Shown here one piece after another: positions 9,736-18,954 of a DNA stretch of 64,000 nucleotides. The notes below the pieces were generated by a model. That model searched no databases. It had not been told where the DNA came from and saw nothing but the letters and a program-made list of their open reading frames with translations. This DNA comes from a bacterium. GTDB taxonomy: Bacteria > Sysuimicrobiota > Sysuimicrobiia > Sysuimicrobiales > Kaftiobacteriaceae. The stretch's first letter is position 1. Every line of letters starts with the position of its first letter. A program made the position numbers and the translations under genes. The stretch spans positions 1 through 64,000 of the forward strand of contig JBIOWP010000084.1 in assembly GCA_044868695.1 (NCBI GenBank), read 5' to 3'.

Positions 9736-10086
9736 CTATGATTTCACACCGTCGCACGCGTGATCTACGATGAGGAATCCCGCATAGCGGTTGGGATCGG
9801 CGGCCAGGACGCTCCGCGCCCACTTCGAGAAGCCCTCTCCGTAGACCCGGCCGCGCAGGCAGGTGAACGCGCGGTCCAGATGTCCCTGCCCGCCCCCGCC
9901 GCCGCGCAGGTGGTACTGCTGGGCTACCATGGCGTCGTACACGCAGGCGCCGTACACGGAGACGTAGGCGGGCGCATCAGCGAGGGTCTTGGCCTTGTAG
10001 ACTCCAACGTAGGACCACTGCCCGATGGCCGGGACGGCCGCCCCGAGGAGAAGCCCGACGGCCAATCCTGCCGCGAATCGTTTCAT
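9736..10086 (-). CDS. Small secreted hypothetical protein (116 aa)
   Basis: GGAGGG RBS, signal peptide MKRFAAGLAVGLLLGAAVPAIG, three Cys; lies between the direct repeats. Confidence 0.7.
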   Translation of the reverse strand: MKRFAAGLAVGLLLGAAVPAIGQWSYVGVYKAKTLADAPAYVSVYGACVYDAMVAQQYHLRGGGGGQGHLDRAFTCLRGRVYGEGFSKWARSVLAADPNRYAGFLIVDHACDGVKS

Positions 10087-10144
10087 GGTCAGCCCTCCGG
10101 CTGCGTCGCACTCCAAGACCTATCTGAACCGCCATCCGGGAGGT

Positions 10145-10205
10145 TGTCAATCGGGGATTAACTGGACTACCCCCTGCGGGATTGGTCCCACAGCGGTCCC
10201 ACGGG
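10145..10205. repeat. Degenerate direct repeat, copy 2 (includes the 3' end of the SMC-like gene)
   Basis: Matches 9659-9721; encodes VGPLW here versus VGSLW in copy 1. Confidence 0.8.
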
Positions 10206-12410
10206 GGCCGAAGGTGCCGGAGCCGGCTCAACTTCGGGCGTCTCAGGGTGGGATTGAACTTCCCCTCGGGCGGGCCCCGCGACGCTGGTTGGGGCAGACA
10301 GGTCAATCAGGCGGTCGGCGGCAGCGTCGAAATGCCGCGTGTAGGTGAACAGGAACACCTGGTGCTTATGTGCCAGTTCCTTTAGAAGAAGCGCGGCTGC
10401 GCTGCGGCGCTGGTCGTCGAAGGTGATAAACGGATCGTCGAACAGCAGCGGAGGCCTCCGTCCGACGGCCAGCACCTCGACGAGTGCGAGCCTGGCGGCC
10501 AGATACACCAGGTCGACAGTTCCTCGGCTGAGATGCGGCTCGGCGGCATCCACCCACCCGCCGGCTTCGTCCGACCACACGGTCAGCGTGAGAGATTCCT
10601 GGTTTAGCTGCAGCTGACGGTACCGGTTCTCCGAAAGGATCTGCAAGTACTCACCCGCGCGATGTTCCATGATGGCGCGAACCGGAAGCTGGGCCTGCCG
10701 CCGGGCGTCCAGCAGCCCGGCCAGCGCCGTGGTGTAGACGGTATGGCGGTGCCTGGCACGCGCAAGCTGCTCGTCGGCTTCCTGCAGGTGCTCCTCGACC
10801 GCGGCGAGGCCCTCGGCGTCGACGGTATGCCGCTCCAACTCGACCGACAGCCGCCGTTCCTTATCCTGCCATGCGGTCACGTGCTGGGCGAGCTGCTGGA
10901 CTTCGCGGTCCAGCGCGGCGAGCTGCAGCGGCGTGAGCCGGCGCGCGGTGATCTCCGGCGCATGCAGGCGCTCCTGCAGCCCAAAGGCGTCGCGCCGCAC
11001 GGTCTTCCACTGCTCGGCGATATCCTCGTCGCTCCGGCCGGAGCGCAGGTCGGTGAGGAACTGCTCCAGCTGTATCCGGGTCCGAGAGAGGTCGCGGTGG
11101 TGCTGGAGTTTCTGTTCCGCTTCCTTGATGCTCGCGCACCCCAGGTGGGACAACTGGGCCGCGAGTTCGGCATGGGTGTCTTTCAGCGCCCGATCGATTT
11201 CCAGGAGGCGACGCTCACGCTCTTCCCTGCGGATCTCGGCGCGGGCCCGCTGCACGGCCACGCGGCGGATCTGCCACCATCCTGCCGCTGCCAGGGCGGC
11301 TCCGGCGGCAGCCAGGACCCAGCCTGCCGGACGGATCCCAGCCGCCGCGGTTCCAAGGCCTCCCACCAGCAGCACCGCCCCTGCCGTCGTCGCCAGGCGC
11401 CACAACCGATGTGGGGTGGACCGGATGTCGTCGGGCTGCTGGAGATCGTGGCGCAGCCGTCCCGCTTCCATCTCCAACACCGCGGCGCGCTCGGACAGCT
11501 TGCGGGCAGCCGCCGTGGCTTCCTCGCCGGGTAGGCCCGCCGCCGTTGCGCTCTCCAACCCGCGGTCGACCTCGCTCACTCTGCTGAGGGTTTCCTCGAT
11601 TTTCTTGACCTTCTCTTCCATCATCGCCTCTTCACGCTGGCGACCGGCCAGGCGTTCCTCGAGCGCGACGATCTCGCGATTCTGCTCGAGCAGTGCCCGT
11701 TTGACGGCAAGTTCATCGGCAGACGTTGCCAGAGTCTCGCGTGCCGCCGACAGGTCGACCCGCAGCCGGTCCCCCGCTGCGGCGCTGGCTACCAGGCGGC
11801 GCTGTTCATCTCGCAAGGCAGCAGCCCGCTCTTCCAGGGTCCGGAGGATCCCCGGATCTTTGGTCAGCGCTTTCGTGCCCTTCTCCATTGCCCGGACGTG
11901 CTGCTCCAGCCGGCGGATCGCGGTGGCAACGTCCTCGCCCCCACCCCCGACGATGCGGCCGAGTTCTTTGGCGATGCTGGTCTCTTGGATGCGCACTAGC
12001 TCCGCCTGAGCCACCTGCGCCGTCGCCTCGAAGAGGACTTCGGTCATGAGTCCGACCTGCGCCACCAGGCGCTCCTGGACGACTTTGTGCTGGTCCCAGA
12101 CGCGGCCGAGGTCGTCCTGCAGCGTCACTTTTCGCGAGGCGAAATCTTTGGTGAGGACAAACCGTTTGCCTTCGACCTCAAACTCCAGTTCCAGCAGAGG
12201 CGGATCTTCGGCGTCCCACCTGCGAAACTCGTCGCGGGACTTGGCCGACGTCGTGGCGGGATTACCGTACAGCGCCGTCCGGATGGCCGTCCGCAGCGAA
12301 GACTTTCCGCTCTCATTCGGGCCGACGATCACGTTCAGCCCGGCGGCAAAGTCGAATACCTCATCGGGGAGACCGAGGAATCGCCGGGCGCGGAGATGCC
12401 GCAGGATCAC
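10167..12410 (-). CDS. SMC/Rad50-like ATPase (YhaN/AAA_27-like)
   Basis: Walker A GPNESGKSS, long coiled coils, signature LSRGT, Walker B LLFDDPF, central hydrophobic stretch. Confidence 0.88.
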   Translation of the reverse strand: MILRHLRARRFLGLPDEVFDFAAGLNVIVGPNESGKSSLRTAIRTALYGNPATTSAKSRDEFRRWDAEDPPLLELEFEVEGKRFVLTKDFASRKVTLQDDLGRVWDQHKVVQERLVAQVGLMTEVLFEATAQVAQAELVRIQETSIAKELGRIVGGGGEDVATAIRRLEQHVRAMEKGTKALTKDPGILRTLEERAAALRDEQRRLVASAAAGDRLRVDLSAARETLATSADELAVKRALLEQNREIVALEERLAGRQREEAMMEEKVKKIEETLSRVSEVDRGLESATAAGLPGEEATAAARKLSERAAVLEMEAGRLRHDLQQPDDIRSTPHRLWRLATTAGAVLLVGGLGTAAAGIRPAGWVLAAAGAALAAAGWWQIRRVAVQRARAEIRREERERRLLEIDRALKDTHAELAAQLSHLGCASIKEAEQKLQHHRDLSRTRIQLEQFLTDLRSGRSDEDIAEQWKTVRRDAFGLQERLHAPEITARRLTPLQLAALDREVQQLAQHVTAWQDKERRLSVELERHTVDAEGLAAVEEHLQEADEQLARARHRHTVYTTALAGLLDARRQAQLPVRAIMEHRAGEYLQILSENRYRQLQLNQESLTLTVWSDEAGGWVDAAEPHLSRGTVDLVYLAARLALVEVLAVGRRPPLLFDDPFITFDDQRRSAAALLLKELAHKHQVFLFTYTRHFDAAADRLIDLSAPTSVAGPARGEVQSHPETPEVEPAPAPSAPVGPLWDQSRRG

Positions 12411-13522
12411 GACAGCACCTCGCGGCCCTGCAGCAGCGCGACGCCGACCTGGAGTGCTTCTTCCAGCACCGGCCGCTGGCTCTCCTCGGCTTCGGCCAGG
12501 CGCTCCCGCATGAGGCGCGCAAACCGGCCGAGCACGCTCTCGTCCGGGAGCCGGCCCAGTTGCTCGTCATCCAACCATAGCTGCACGCGGGACGACACTC
12601 GCAGGCGGAAGAACCGGTCGGTCAGCTCCCGCTCGATGGCCTGCGCGTCGACGACCCGGTCGACCGGCGCTAGGCCGGCCAGCACCACGTCGCAGACCGC
12701 GTCCGGATCCGCCGCATCCTCGATCGCCTTTCGCAGGGCGGCATCATCGAGCGCGCTCACGTCGAGATCCAGCTTCTTGTATTGGCGGCGCCCCACGCGG
12801 ACCGCGGTGACGGCGGCGCGGCCCGGCTCGGAAACCTCGACCAGCAGCGCGTGTCCGGCTCCCTCCTGGTCGTAGGCCAGCAGCTCCGGGGAGCCCGCAT
12901 ACCAGGCCGCCGGCGAGGCGGTGACTTCAGATGCGGAATGCCAGTCCCCCAGCGCCAGGTAGTCGAGCCCCAGATCGCGGATTTCCTGCGGATGGATGGT
13001 GGCCGTGCCTTCCACCTGCCCCCCGCGGTAGGCAGAGCCGTGCGTAACCCCGACTGCAAACCGTGTGCCGCGCTCCCGCGGCCAACCGGCCAACGGGCTG
13101 GCCGGCGTGCCGGGTTCGGGTGACCGGCCCGTAATGGTGAGGTCGAGTTCGGGGATTGGGTGCGAGACCACTGTGCGGCCGAACAGCAGGACGCGCGACC
13201 CCGCGTGACGCAGGCGGTCGCTGCCGCCGACGAACCCGTCCGGAGCCACATCGTGGTTGCCCGCCACCAGCGCGGTCCAGATCCCGCGGTCATCCAGCCG
13301 CCGCAGCTCGCGTTGGACGAGGTCTAGCAGCGCCAGCGACGGCCGCGGGCTGTCAAAGAGATCGCCGGCGATCACGACCACCTGGACCTCCCGGGCCAGC
13401 GCCAGGTCCACCGAGCGCACGAAGGCATCCTCGAGGGCGCGGCGTTGGGCGGCTCCCTGCGCGCCCAGCATGTGAAAGGCTTTGCCCAGGTGGACATCGG
13501 CGAGATGCAGCAACCTCAGCAT
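12407..13522 (-). CDS. Mre11/SbcD-family DNA repair nuclease (YhaO-like)
   Basis: ADVHLG, AGDLFD, GNHD, THG, LGDWH, YAGSPE motifs. Confidence 0.92.
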   Translation of the reverse strand: MLRLLHLADVHLGKAFHMLGAQGAAQRRALEDAFVRSVDLALAREVQVVVIAGDLFDSPRPSLALLDLVQRELRRLDDRGIWTALVAGNHDVAPDGFVGGSDRLRHAGSRVLLFGRTVVSHPIPELDLTITGRSPEPGTPASPLAGWPRERGTRFAVGVTHGSAYRGGQVEGTATIHPQEIRDLGLDYLALGDWHSASEVTASPAAWYAGSPELLAYDQEGAGHALLVEVSEPGRAAVTAVRVGRRQYKKLDLDVSALDDAALRKAIEDAADPDAVCDVVLAGLAPVDRVVDAQAIERELTDRFFRLRVSSRVQLWLDDEQLGRLPDESVLGRFARLMRERLAEAEESQRPVLEEALQVGVALLQGREVLS

Positions 13523-13525
13523 CGC

Positions 13526-16500
13526 CTACTCTTCCTCAAGGTCGGGGTCGCCCGTGGCCGTGTACGGACAGATGGACGCGAAGGCACAGTACCGGCAGGC
13601 GCGGTAGAAGTCAGGCGTCGCGATGAACTGCCCGGCGCGGATCCCGCCGGCGACGCGTTCAATGATCGCGGCGGTCTTCTCCAGCGCCTCAGCGTCGGGC
13701 ACGGCGGTGCCGACCAGCACCTGCTGCGGGCCCAGGAAGTGCAGCTCCAGGCGGGTCGGCAGCGCGCCGTAGACCTCGCGATACGCCAGCGCGTAGAGCG
13801 CGAGCTGCAGACTCTCGCGGGCGCGGCGGTCGGCGTCCTTCTGCGCGCGGACGTCGGAGGTCTTGAAGTCGATCAACACCACTTCGTCCCCCCGCAGGTC
13901 CACGCGGTCCCAGCGGCCCTTCACGCGGGTGAGGCCGACCTGGAATGAGAACGGCGCTTCGACGAACGTAGGCACCCGGCCGCTCGTTTCCTGATATTCA
14001 AAGAAGCGCGCCAGGACCTCGCGGCCCTCCGCCATCCGCTGGTCCTCATGTTCCCGGCTGATGAATCCTTCGTTGACCCACGCCCGCTCGAATGAGCCGA
14101 CCAGGTCGTCCAGGGTAATGAGCTGCCGGCGCGCTTTGCGGCGATGGTACTCGCGGATCGCCTCGTGAATCGCCAAGCCGTAGACGACCCGGTGGTCGCG
14201 CAGCAGCGGGACGCGCAGGATGTGCGTGTACTTGTACTTCAGCGGGCACAGATCGTAGTCGTCGACCTGCCGGTAGGAGAGGAAGATGGGCTGGTCCGGC
14301 GGGATGAGCCCCGCCAGCCCCTGCTGCCCGTTGGCCGACGGGGCGTGGCGGTGGATAGCCTCGACCGGGGACGCATGGAATGCCGTCGTGTCTGCCTTGG
14401 GCAGGTCGAGCGCCTCCAGCACGAACCGGCTCACTTTGCGAGCCCGCACGCCGCCGTAGTCCCGTGCGCTGGTCAGGTACAGCTCGCGCTGGGCGCGCGT
14501 CATGGCGACGTAGAATAGCCTGCGTTCCTCTTGGAGGTGGAAGTCGCCGCTGGGCAGGATGTCCTTGATCAGCGGCCCCGGCAGGGCGATCGGTTCCCCG
14601 CGGTGGCGGGTCGGAAAGCGGTCGGCCACGCAGTTGACTAGGAAGACGATGGGAAACTCCAGTCCCTTGGCTTTATGGACGGTCAGGATGTTGACCGCGT
14701 CCTGATCCACCTCGGCCTCGGCCACCGCGGGATCGTCGCCCGCGGCGATGAGGTCGTCCATGTGCTTGACGAACTCCGGGACGCGGTCGTAGGCGGCGAT
14801 CTCCCCGTACCGGGCGACGAGGTCAAAGAATTTGGCTAGATTGGCTACGCGGACCTCGTCGTCGGCGAGGCCGCTCGTGGCCAGGCGCCGGACATACCCG
14901 GTACGGGTCACGAGGTACTCGTAGAGGACTCGGCCGGTCGCATGATCGTTCATCACCCCGCGCATCTCTTCCAGGTCGTTCAGCAGCTTGCTGATCGCGG
15001 CGCGGCTCTCCGGGGCAATTTCTTCGACAAGGTCGGCGGATGCGTCGAGGTGCCGGAAGACGTGCTCGAGCGTCCGGTGCTTGCGGTCGGCGTAGCTGAG
15101 GGCCTTGGCCAGGTCGGTGGCCGAGATTAGGTATAGCGGAGAGACGCCCAGATAGTAGAGGCTCAGGTTGTCCCCGGGCTTGGCCAGGGCCCGCAGGAAG
15201 GCCAGGGCGAGGCGAATTTCCTCCCGATTGTACAGGCCGCGGCTGCCGGTGAACCGGAACGGCACCCCCCGCATGTTCAACGCGCGCATGAATGGGTCCG
15301 CGTCGGCGTTGCTGCGGACGAGGACCGCGCAGTGTTTGTAGGCACAGTCCCCCCGTTCGACTTTCTGGGCAATCTGCTGGGCGACCCAGTCGGCCTCCCC
15401 GCTGAGCGTGTCCAGGTGCACGTGTTGGGGCGCCTGACCGTCGACCCGCACCGCGCGCAGGCGTTTGTCGAGGTCGCGCCGGTCTTCCAGGCGGTCGGGA
15501 TTGTTGTGCTGGATCAGGCGGTAGGCCGTATCGAGAATCCCCTGATGCGAGCGATAGTTGGTGGTCAACACTACCTGCGCGGCCTGCGGGAAGACGTCGA
15601 GGAAGTTGAGGATGTTGCTGATCGCGGCGCCCCGGAACTTGTAGATGGACTGGTCGTCGTCGCCGACCACGGCAATGTGCTGGGGTCCGTCGTCCCCGAC
15701 CAGCAGCCGCACCAGCTGGAACTGTGCGTAGTTGGTGTCCTGGAACTCGTCGACCAGGATGTACGTGAAGCGTTCCCGGTACTCCCGCAGCACCGCCGGT
15801 CGCTCCCGGAGGAGCCGCAGCGTGTGGGTGATGAGGTCGCCGAAGTCGACCAGCCCCTCTTTGGCCAGCAGTTCCTGGTAGCGTTGGTATGTCAGCGCGA
15901 GCTCCTGCTGCTGGCGGGCCAGGTCCGCCAGTTCGCGGTCATCCGGATGGGCCCGGGCTTCCGCGATGACCCGGTCGGCGTGCGCGCGATACTCGGCCGG
16001 ACTGGCGTCCTCGTCCTTCGCCCGGGAGATCAACGCGATCAGGGTTTCGATGTATCGTGTCGGGTCGCCCAGCGGCCGGTAGACGTCGAGCGGAAATTCA
16101 AACAGGTGCTCCCGGAAGAAGATGACCTGCTCGGCTTTAGTCAGCACGCGGAAGTCGGGGGACAGGCCCAGCTCCAACGCATGGTCCCGCAACACCCGGT
16201 CGCCGAAGGCGTGGAAGGTGCTGATCCAGACGTCGGTGTACCCGTAGGGCACGAGGACATCGACGCGCTCTTCCATCTCGGCCGCGGCCTTGTCCGTGAA
16301 GGTGAGGGCGAGGATCTCCGCGGGCCGCGCTCGCCGGGTGGCAATCAGCCAGGCGATCCGCCGCGTGATGACCGCCGTCTTGCCGGTGCCGGCCCCGGCG
16401 ACGATCAGCAGCGGCCCCGAGGCGTGCGTGACGGCCCGCCGCTGCTCGTCATTGAGGTCGGCCAGGATCCGGTCGTCGAGAGGGACCGGGGCAGCGGCCC

Positions 16501-16579
16501 GGTCTGGTGCGGTCAGTTCCAGCGGCAGCTGGCCCGGCGGGCGGGCGTCGATGGTGAGGGGATGGCGTCGGTCCGGCAT
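13526..16579 (-). CDS. UvrD/PcrA-type helicase fused to a C-terminal PD-(D/E)xK nuclease with a 4-Cys cluster
   Basis: AGAGTGKT, DEFQDTN, VGDDDQSIY, HKAKGLEF, EERRLFYVAMTRA; nuclease GRWDRVD...IDFKT; Cys in LCPLKY and CRYCAFASIC. Confidence 0.92.
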   Translation of the reverse strand: MPDRRHPLTIDARPPGQLPLELTAPDRAAAPVPLDDRILADLNDEQRRAVTHASGPLLIVAGAGTGKTAVITRRIAWLIATRRARPAEILALTFTDKAAAEMEERVDVLVPYGYTDVWISTFHAFGDRVLRDHALELGLSPDFRVLTKAEQVIFFREHLFEFPLDVYRPLGDPTRYIETLIALISRAKDEDASPAEYRAHADRVIAEARAHPDDRELADLARQQQELALTYQRYQELLAKEGLVDFGDLITHTLRLLRERPAVLREYRERFTYILVDEFQDTNYAQFQLVRLLVGDDGPQHIAVVGDDDQSIYKFRGAAISNILNFLDVFPQAAQVVLTTNYRSHQGILDTAYRLIQHNNPDRLEDRRDLDKRLRAVRVDGQAPQHVHLDTLSGEADWVAQQIAQKVERGDCAYKHCAVLVRSNADADPFMRALNMRGVPFRFTGSRGLYNREEIRLALAFLRALAKPGDNLSLYYLGVSPLYLISATDLAKALSYADRKHRTLEHVFRHLDASADLVEEIAPESRAAISKLLNDLEEMRGVMNDHATGRVLYEYLVTRTGYVRRLATSGLADDEVRVANLAKFFDLVARYGEIAAYDRVPEFVKHMDDLIAAGDDPAVAEAEVDQDAVNILTVHKAKGLEFPIVFLVNCVADRFPTRHRGEPIALPGPLIKDILPSGDFHLQEERRLFYVAMTRAQRELYLTSARDYGGVRARKVSRFVLEALDLPKADTTAFHASPVEAIHRHAPSANGQQGLAGLIPPDQPIFLSYRQVDDYDLCPLKYKYTHILRVPLLRDHRVVYGLAIHEAIREYHRRKARRQLITLDDLVGSFERAWVNEGFISREHEDQRMAEGREVLARFFEYQETSGRVPTFVEAPFSFQVGLTRVKGRWDRVDLRGDEVVLIDFKTSDVRAQKDADRRARESLQLALYALAYREVYGALPTRLELHFLGPQQVLVGTAVPDAEALEKTAAIIERVAGGIRAGQFIATPDFYRACRYCAFASICPYTATGDPDLEEE

Positions 16580-17223
16580 CAGTCGGTGTCCTGCGGCAGC
16601 GAGCCCACCGTGTCCCGGAGGACACGGGCGATCACAGACGTCGAGAATCCGCGGCGTTCCAGGAGTCCCGCCAGCCGGCGGGCAGCCACCTCGCGGCTCA
16701 GGCCGCGGTATCGGCGCAGCCGGCTGCGCGCCACGTCCTGCGCGAGCGCATCCTCGTCCTGCTCACTGAGACGTTCGCGCAGCGTCCTGTCGATGACCTC
16801 CCGCGCGACGCCCTTGCGCGCGAGCTCGTACCGGAGACGGACGCGGCCCGAAGGCTGCAATGCAGTCCGGCTGCGCACCCAGGCGTCCGCGAAGCGGTGG
16901 TCATCCACCAGCCCCGCGTGTTCAAGATCGGTGATGACGGCGGCGACCACCTCAGCGGGAAGACCCCGCCGGCGCAGCCGGTCGGCCAGTTCCCGGCGGC
17001 TGCGGGGGCGGATAGCCAGCAGACGGTAGACGGTTTCTTCTGCCAGCGCCCGCTCTCCACGCGCCCGCACCTGCGCGAGCGCGGTCTCGTCAATGTCGGC
17101 GCCGGTGGCAAGCCCGAGCGCGTTGACATCCTCCGGCCGCAGGCGAAACGTCCCGCCGGTGTCCAGCACCACGCGCCGGTGGCCGAGCCGGCCGCGGCTC
17201 GGACCGATATGGACGACGTTCAC
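16579..17223 (-). CDS. recX: Regulatory protein RecX
   Basis: LLAIRPRSRREL, GLVDDHRFA, ELARKGV, LERRGF; directly after recA. Confidence 0.9.
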   Translation of the reverse strand: MNVVHIGPSRGRLGHRRVVLDTGGTFRLRPEDVNALGLATGADIDETALAQVRARGERALAEETVYRLLAIRPRSRRELADRLRRRGLPAEVVAAVITDLEHAGLVDDHRFADAWVRSRTALQPSGRVRLRYELARKGVAREVIDRTLRERLSEQDEDALAQDVARSRLRRYRGLSREVAARRLAGLLERRGFSTSVIARVLRDTVGSLPQDTD

Positions 17224-17228
17224 CCCTG

Positions 17229-18284
17229 CTACGCCCTGCCCTTTGCCGGCTCCCTGGCGGGCGGCGCCTCGCGGACTTCGGCCGGCGCGGGCGATTTGAT
17301 CAGTCCCAGGTGCGTGCGCACGCGGCGCTCAATCTCTCGCGCCAGTTCCGGGTTCGCGTCCAGAAAGTCGCGGGCATTGTCGCGTCCCTGGCCCAGTTTC
17401 ATCTCACCGAACGCGAACCAGGTGCCCGTGCGCTGGACGATGCCGTGCACCGCGGCCACGTCGAGGAGACTGGCGGCTTTGGAAATTCCGCGTCCGTAGA
17501 AGATGTCGACCTCTGCCTCGCGAAACGGCGGAGCCAGCTTGTTCTTCACCACCTTGACCCGCGCGCGCATGCCCTTGAGCTCTTCCCCGACTTTGATGCT
17601 CTCCGTCCGCCGGATCTCCATGCGCACCGACGCGTAGAACTTCAGCGCCCGGCCGCCGGTGGTGGTTTCGGGATTGCCGAACATGACGCCGATCTTCTCA
17701 CGGATCTGGTTGATGAACACGACGGTCGTGTGGGACCGGCTGATCGCGCCGACCAGTTTGCGCAGCGCCTGCGACATCAGCCGCGCCTGCAGGCCCATGT
17801 GCGCGTCGCCCATGTCGCCTTCCAGTTCGGCTTTGGGGACCAGCGCGGCGACCGAATCGACGACGATGATGTCGACCGCGCCGCTGCGCACCAGCATCTC
17901 GGCGATCTCCAGCGCCTGCTCACCGGAGTCCGGCTGGGAGAGCAGCAGGCCGTCCACGTCGACGCCTACGGCCTTCGCGTAGTTGGGATCTAGCGCGTGC
18001 TCGGCGTCGATAAACGCCGCCACCCCACCCTCGCGCTGCGCCTCGGCGATGATGTGATACCCCAGCGTGGTCTTGCCGGAGGACTCGGGCCCGTAGACTT
18101 CGATCACGCGGCCCCGCGGGACCCCGCCGACGCCCAGGGCGATGTCCAACGCCAGAGCACCGGTGGAAATGACCTCGACGGCCAGCTTAGCGCTGGCCTC
18201 TCCCAGCTTCATAATGGAGCCTTTGCCGAACTGCTTCTCGATCTGCGTCAGGGCGAGATCGAGGGCCCGCTGCCGTTCGTTCAT
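17229..18284 (-). CDS. recA: Recombinase A
   Basis: [37 protein letters not shown]. Confidence 0.99.
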   Translation of the reverse strand: MNERQRALDLALTQIEKQFGKGSIMKLGEASAKLAVEVISTGALALDIALGVGGVPRGRVIEVYGPESSGKTTLGYHIIAEAQREGGVAAFIDAEHALDPNYAKAVGVDVDGLLLSQPDSGEQALEIAEMLVRSGAVDIIVVDSVAALVPKAELEGDMGDAHMGLQARLMSQALRKLVGAISRSHTTVVFINQIREKIGVMFGNPETTTGGRALKFYASVRMEIRRTESIKVGEELKGMRARVKVVKNKLAPPFREAEVDIFYGRGISKAASLLDVAAVHGIVQRTGTWFAFGEMKLGQGRDNARDFLDANPELAREIERRVRTHLGLIKSPAPAEVREAPPAREPAKGRA

Positions 18285-18317
18285 CGACGCAACCTCCCTG
18301 CCCAGCTGTTCGCGCGC

Positions 18318-18346
18318 AGTCTACCAAACGTTTGTTCGCTTGTCAA
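18318..18346 (-). promoter_or_regulatory. recA promoter with a Gram-positive-type LexA (SOS) box in the spacer
   Basis: TTGACA-17 nt-TAGACT; spacer contains CGAACAAACGTTTG (18338-18325), a GAAC-N4-GTTY-like box. Confidence 0.8.
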
Positions 18347-18372
18347 TGACTCAGTTGAGCCGGCCGCACCTA

Positions 18373-18954
18373 CTACTTCTCGTGGCCATGGAGGCTGACC
18401 TCCTCAACCCGTGCGTAGATAGGTCCATCAGGGGTCAGATGGCTCTCCATCACCGAGATGGTCCTGACCTCTTGGGACCCGACGGGCAGCTCCGCATGCT
18501 GGGTGAGGGCCCGGACGACATCTCCCCACTGCCGGGCATCGCGTACCCGCGCCAGCGTCAGGTGGGGTCGGAACGTGCGGTCCTCGAGCGGGAAGCGGTG
18601 ATGAGCCAGCCGGTCGTCGAGCCGTTGGGCGAGCGCCTCCAGTGCCTGCGCGCCGTCTCCCACGCCGATCCACACGACCTGGGGCCGCTGGAGGCTCGGG
18701 AACGCGCCCAGGTGGGTCAGCGCGATGGCAAACGGCCGGATCCCGGCCACGGCCTCACGTGAGGCGATTTTCGCAAGGGCCACCTGCGCGGGTGTAATCT
18801 CGCCGAGAAACCGCAGCGTAAAGTGGAGATTGCCCGGTTTGATCCAGCGGATCCTCGCGCCGGCCGCTTCCAGGCGCCGCTGTGCTTCGACGACGTGCTG
18901 GTGCAGCGCCGGGTCGAGTTCCACGGCGATGAAGATGCGGTGTCGTGCGATCAT
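18373..18954 (-). CDS. thpR: RNA 2',3'-cyclic phosphodiesterase (2H family)
   Basis: RIFIAV and two HxT motifs (LHFTL, PHLTL). Confidence 0.92.
   Translation of the reverse strand: MIARHRIFIAVELDPALHQHVVEAQRRLEAAGARIRWIKPGNLHFTLRFLGEITPAQVALAKIASREAVAGIRPFAIALTHLGAFPSLQRPQVVWIGVGDGAQALEALAQRLDDRLAHHRFPLEDRTFRPHLTLARVRDARQWGDVVRALTQHAELPVGSQEVRTISVMESHLTPDGPIYARVEEVSLHGHEK

Noticed and set aside
9659..10162. Repeats as integron attC sites, dif sites or CRISPR repeats
   Set aside because: Only two copies about 490 bp apart, no attC R/L box structure, no XerC/D consensus, and no integrase or cas genes
10167..16579. SMC/nuclease/helicase cluster as a known defence system (Wadjet, Lamassu, Gabija)
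   Set aside because: No kleisin/KITE, effector or TOPRIM partner; co-transcribed with recA-recX in core-genome context, so repair is more likely
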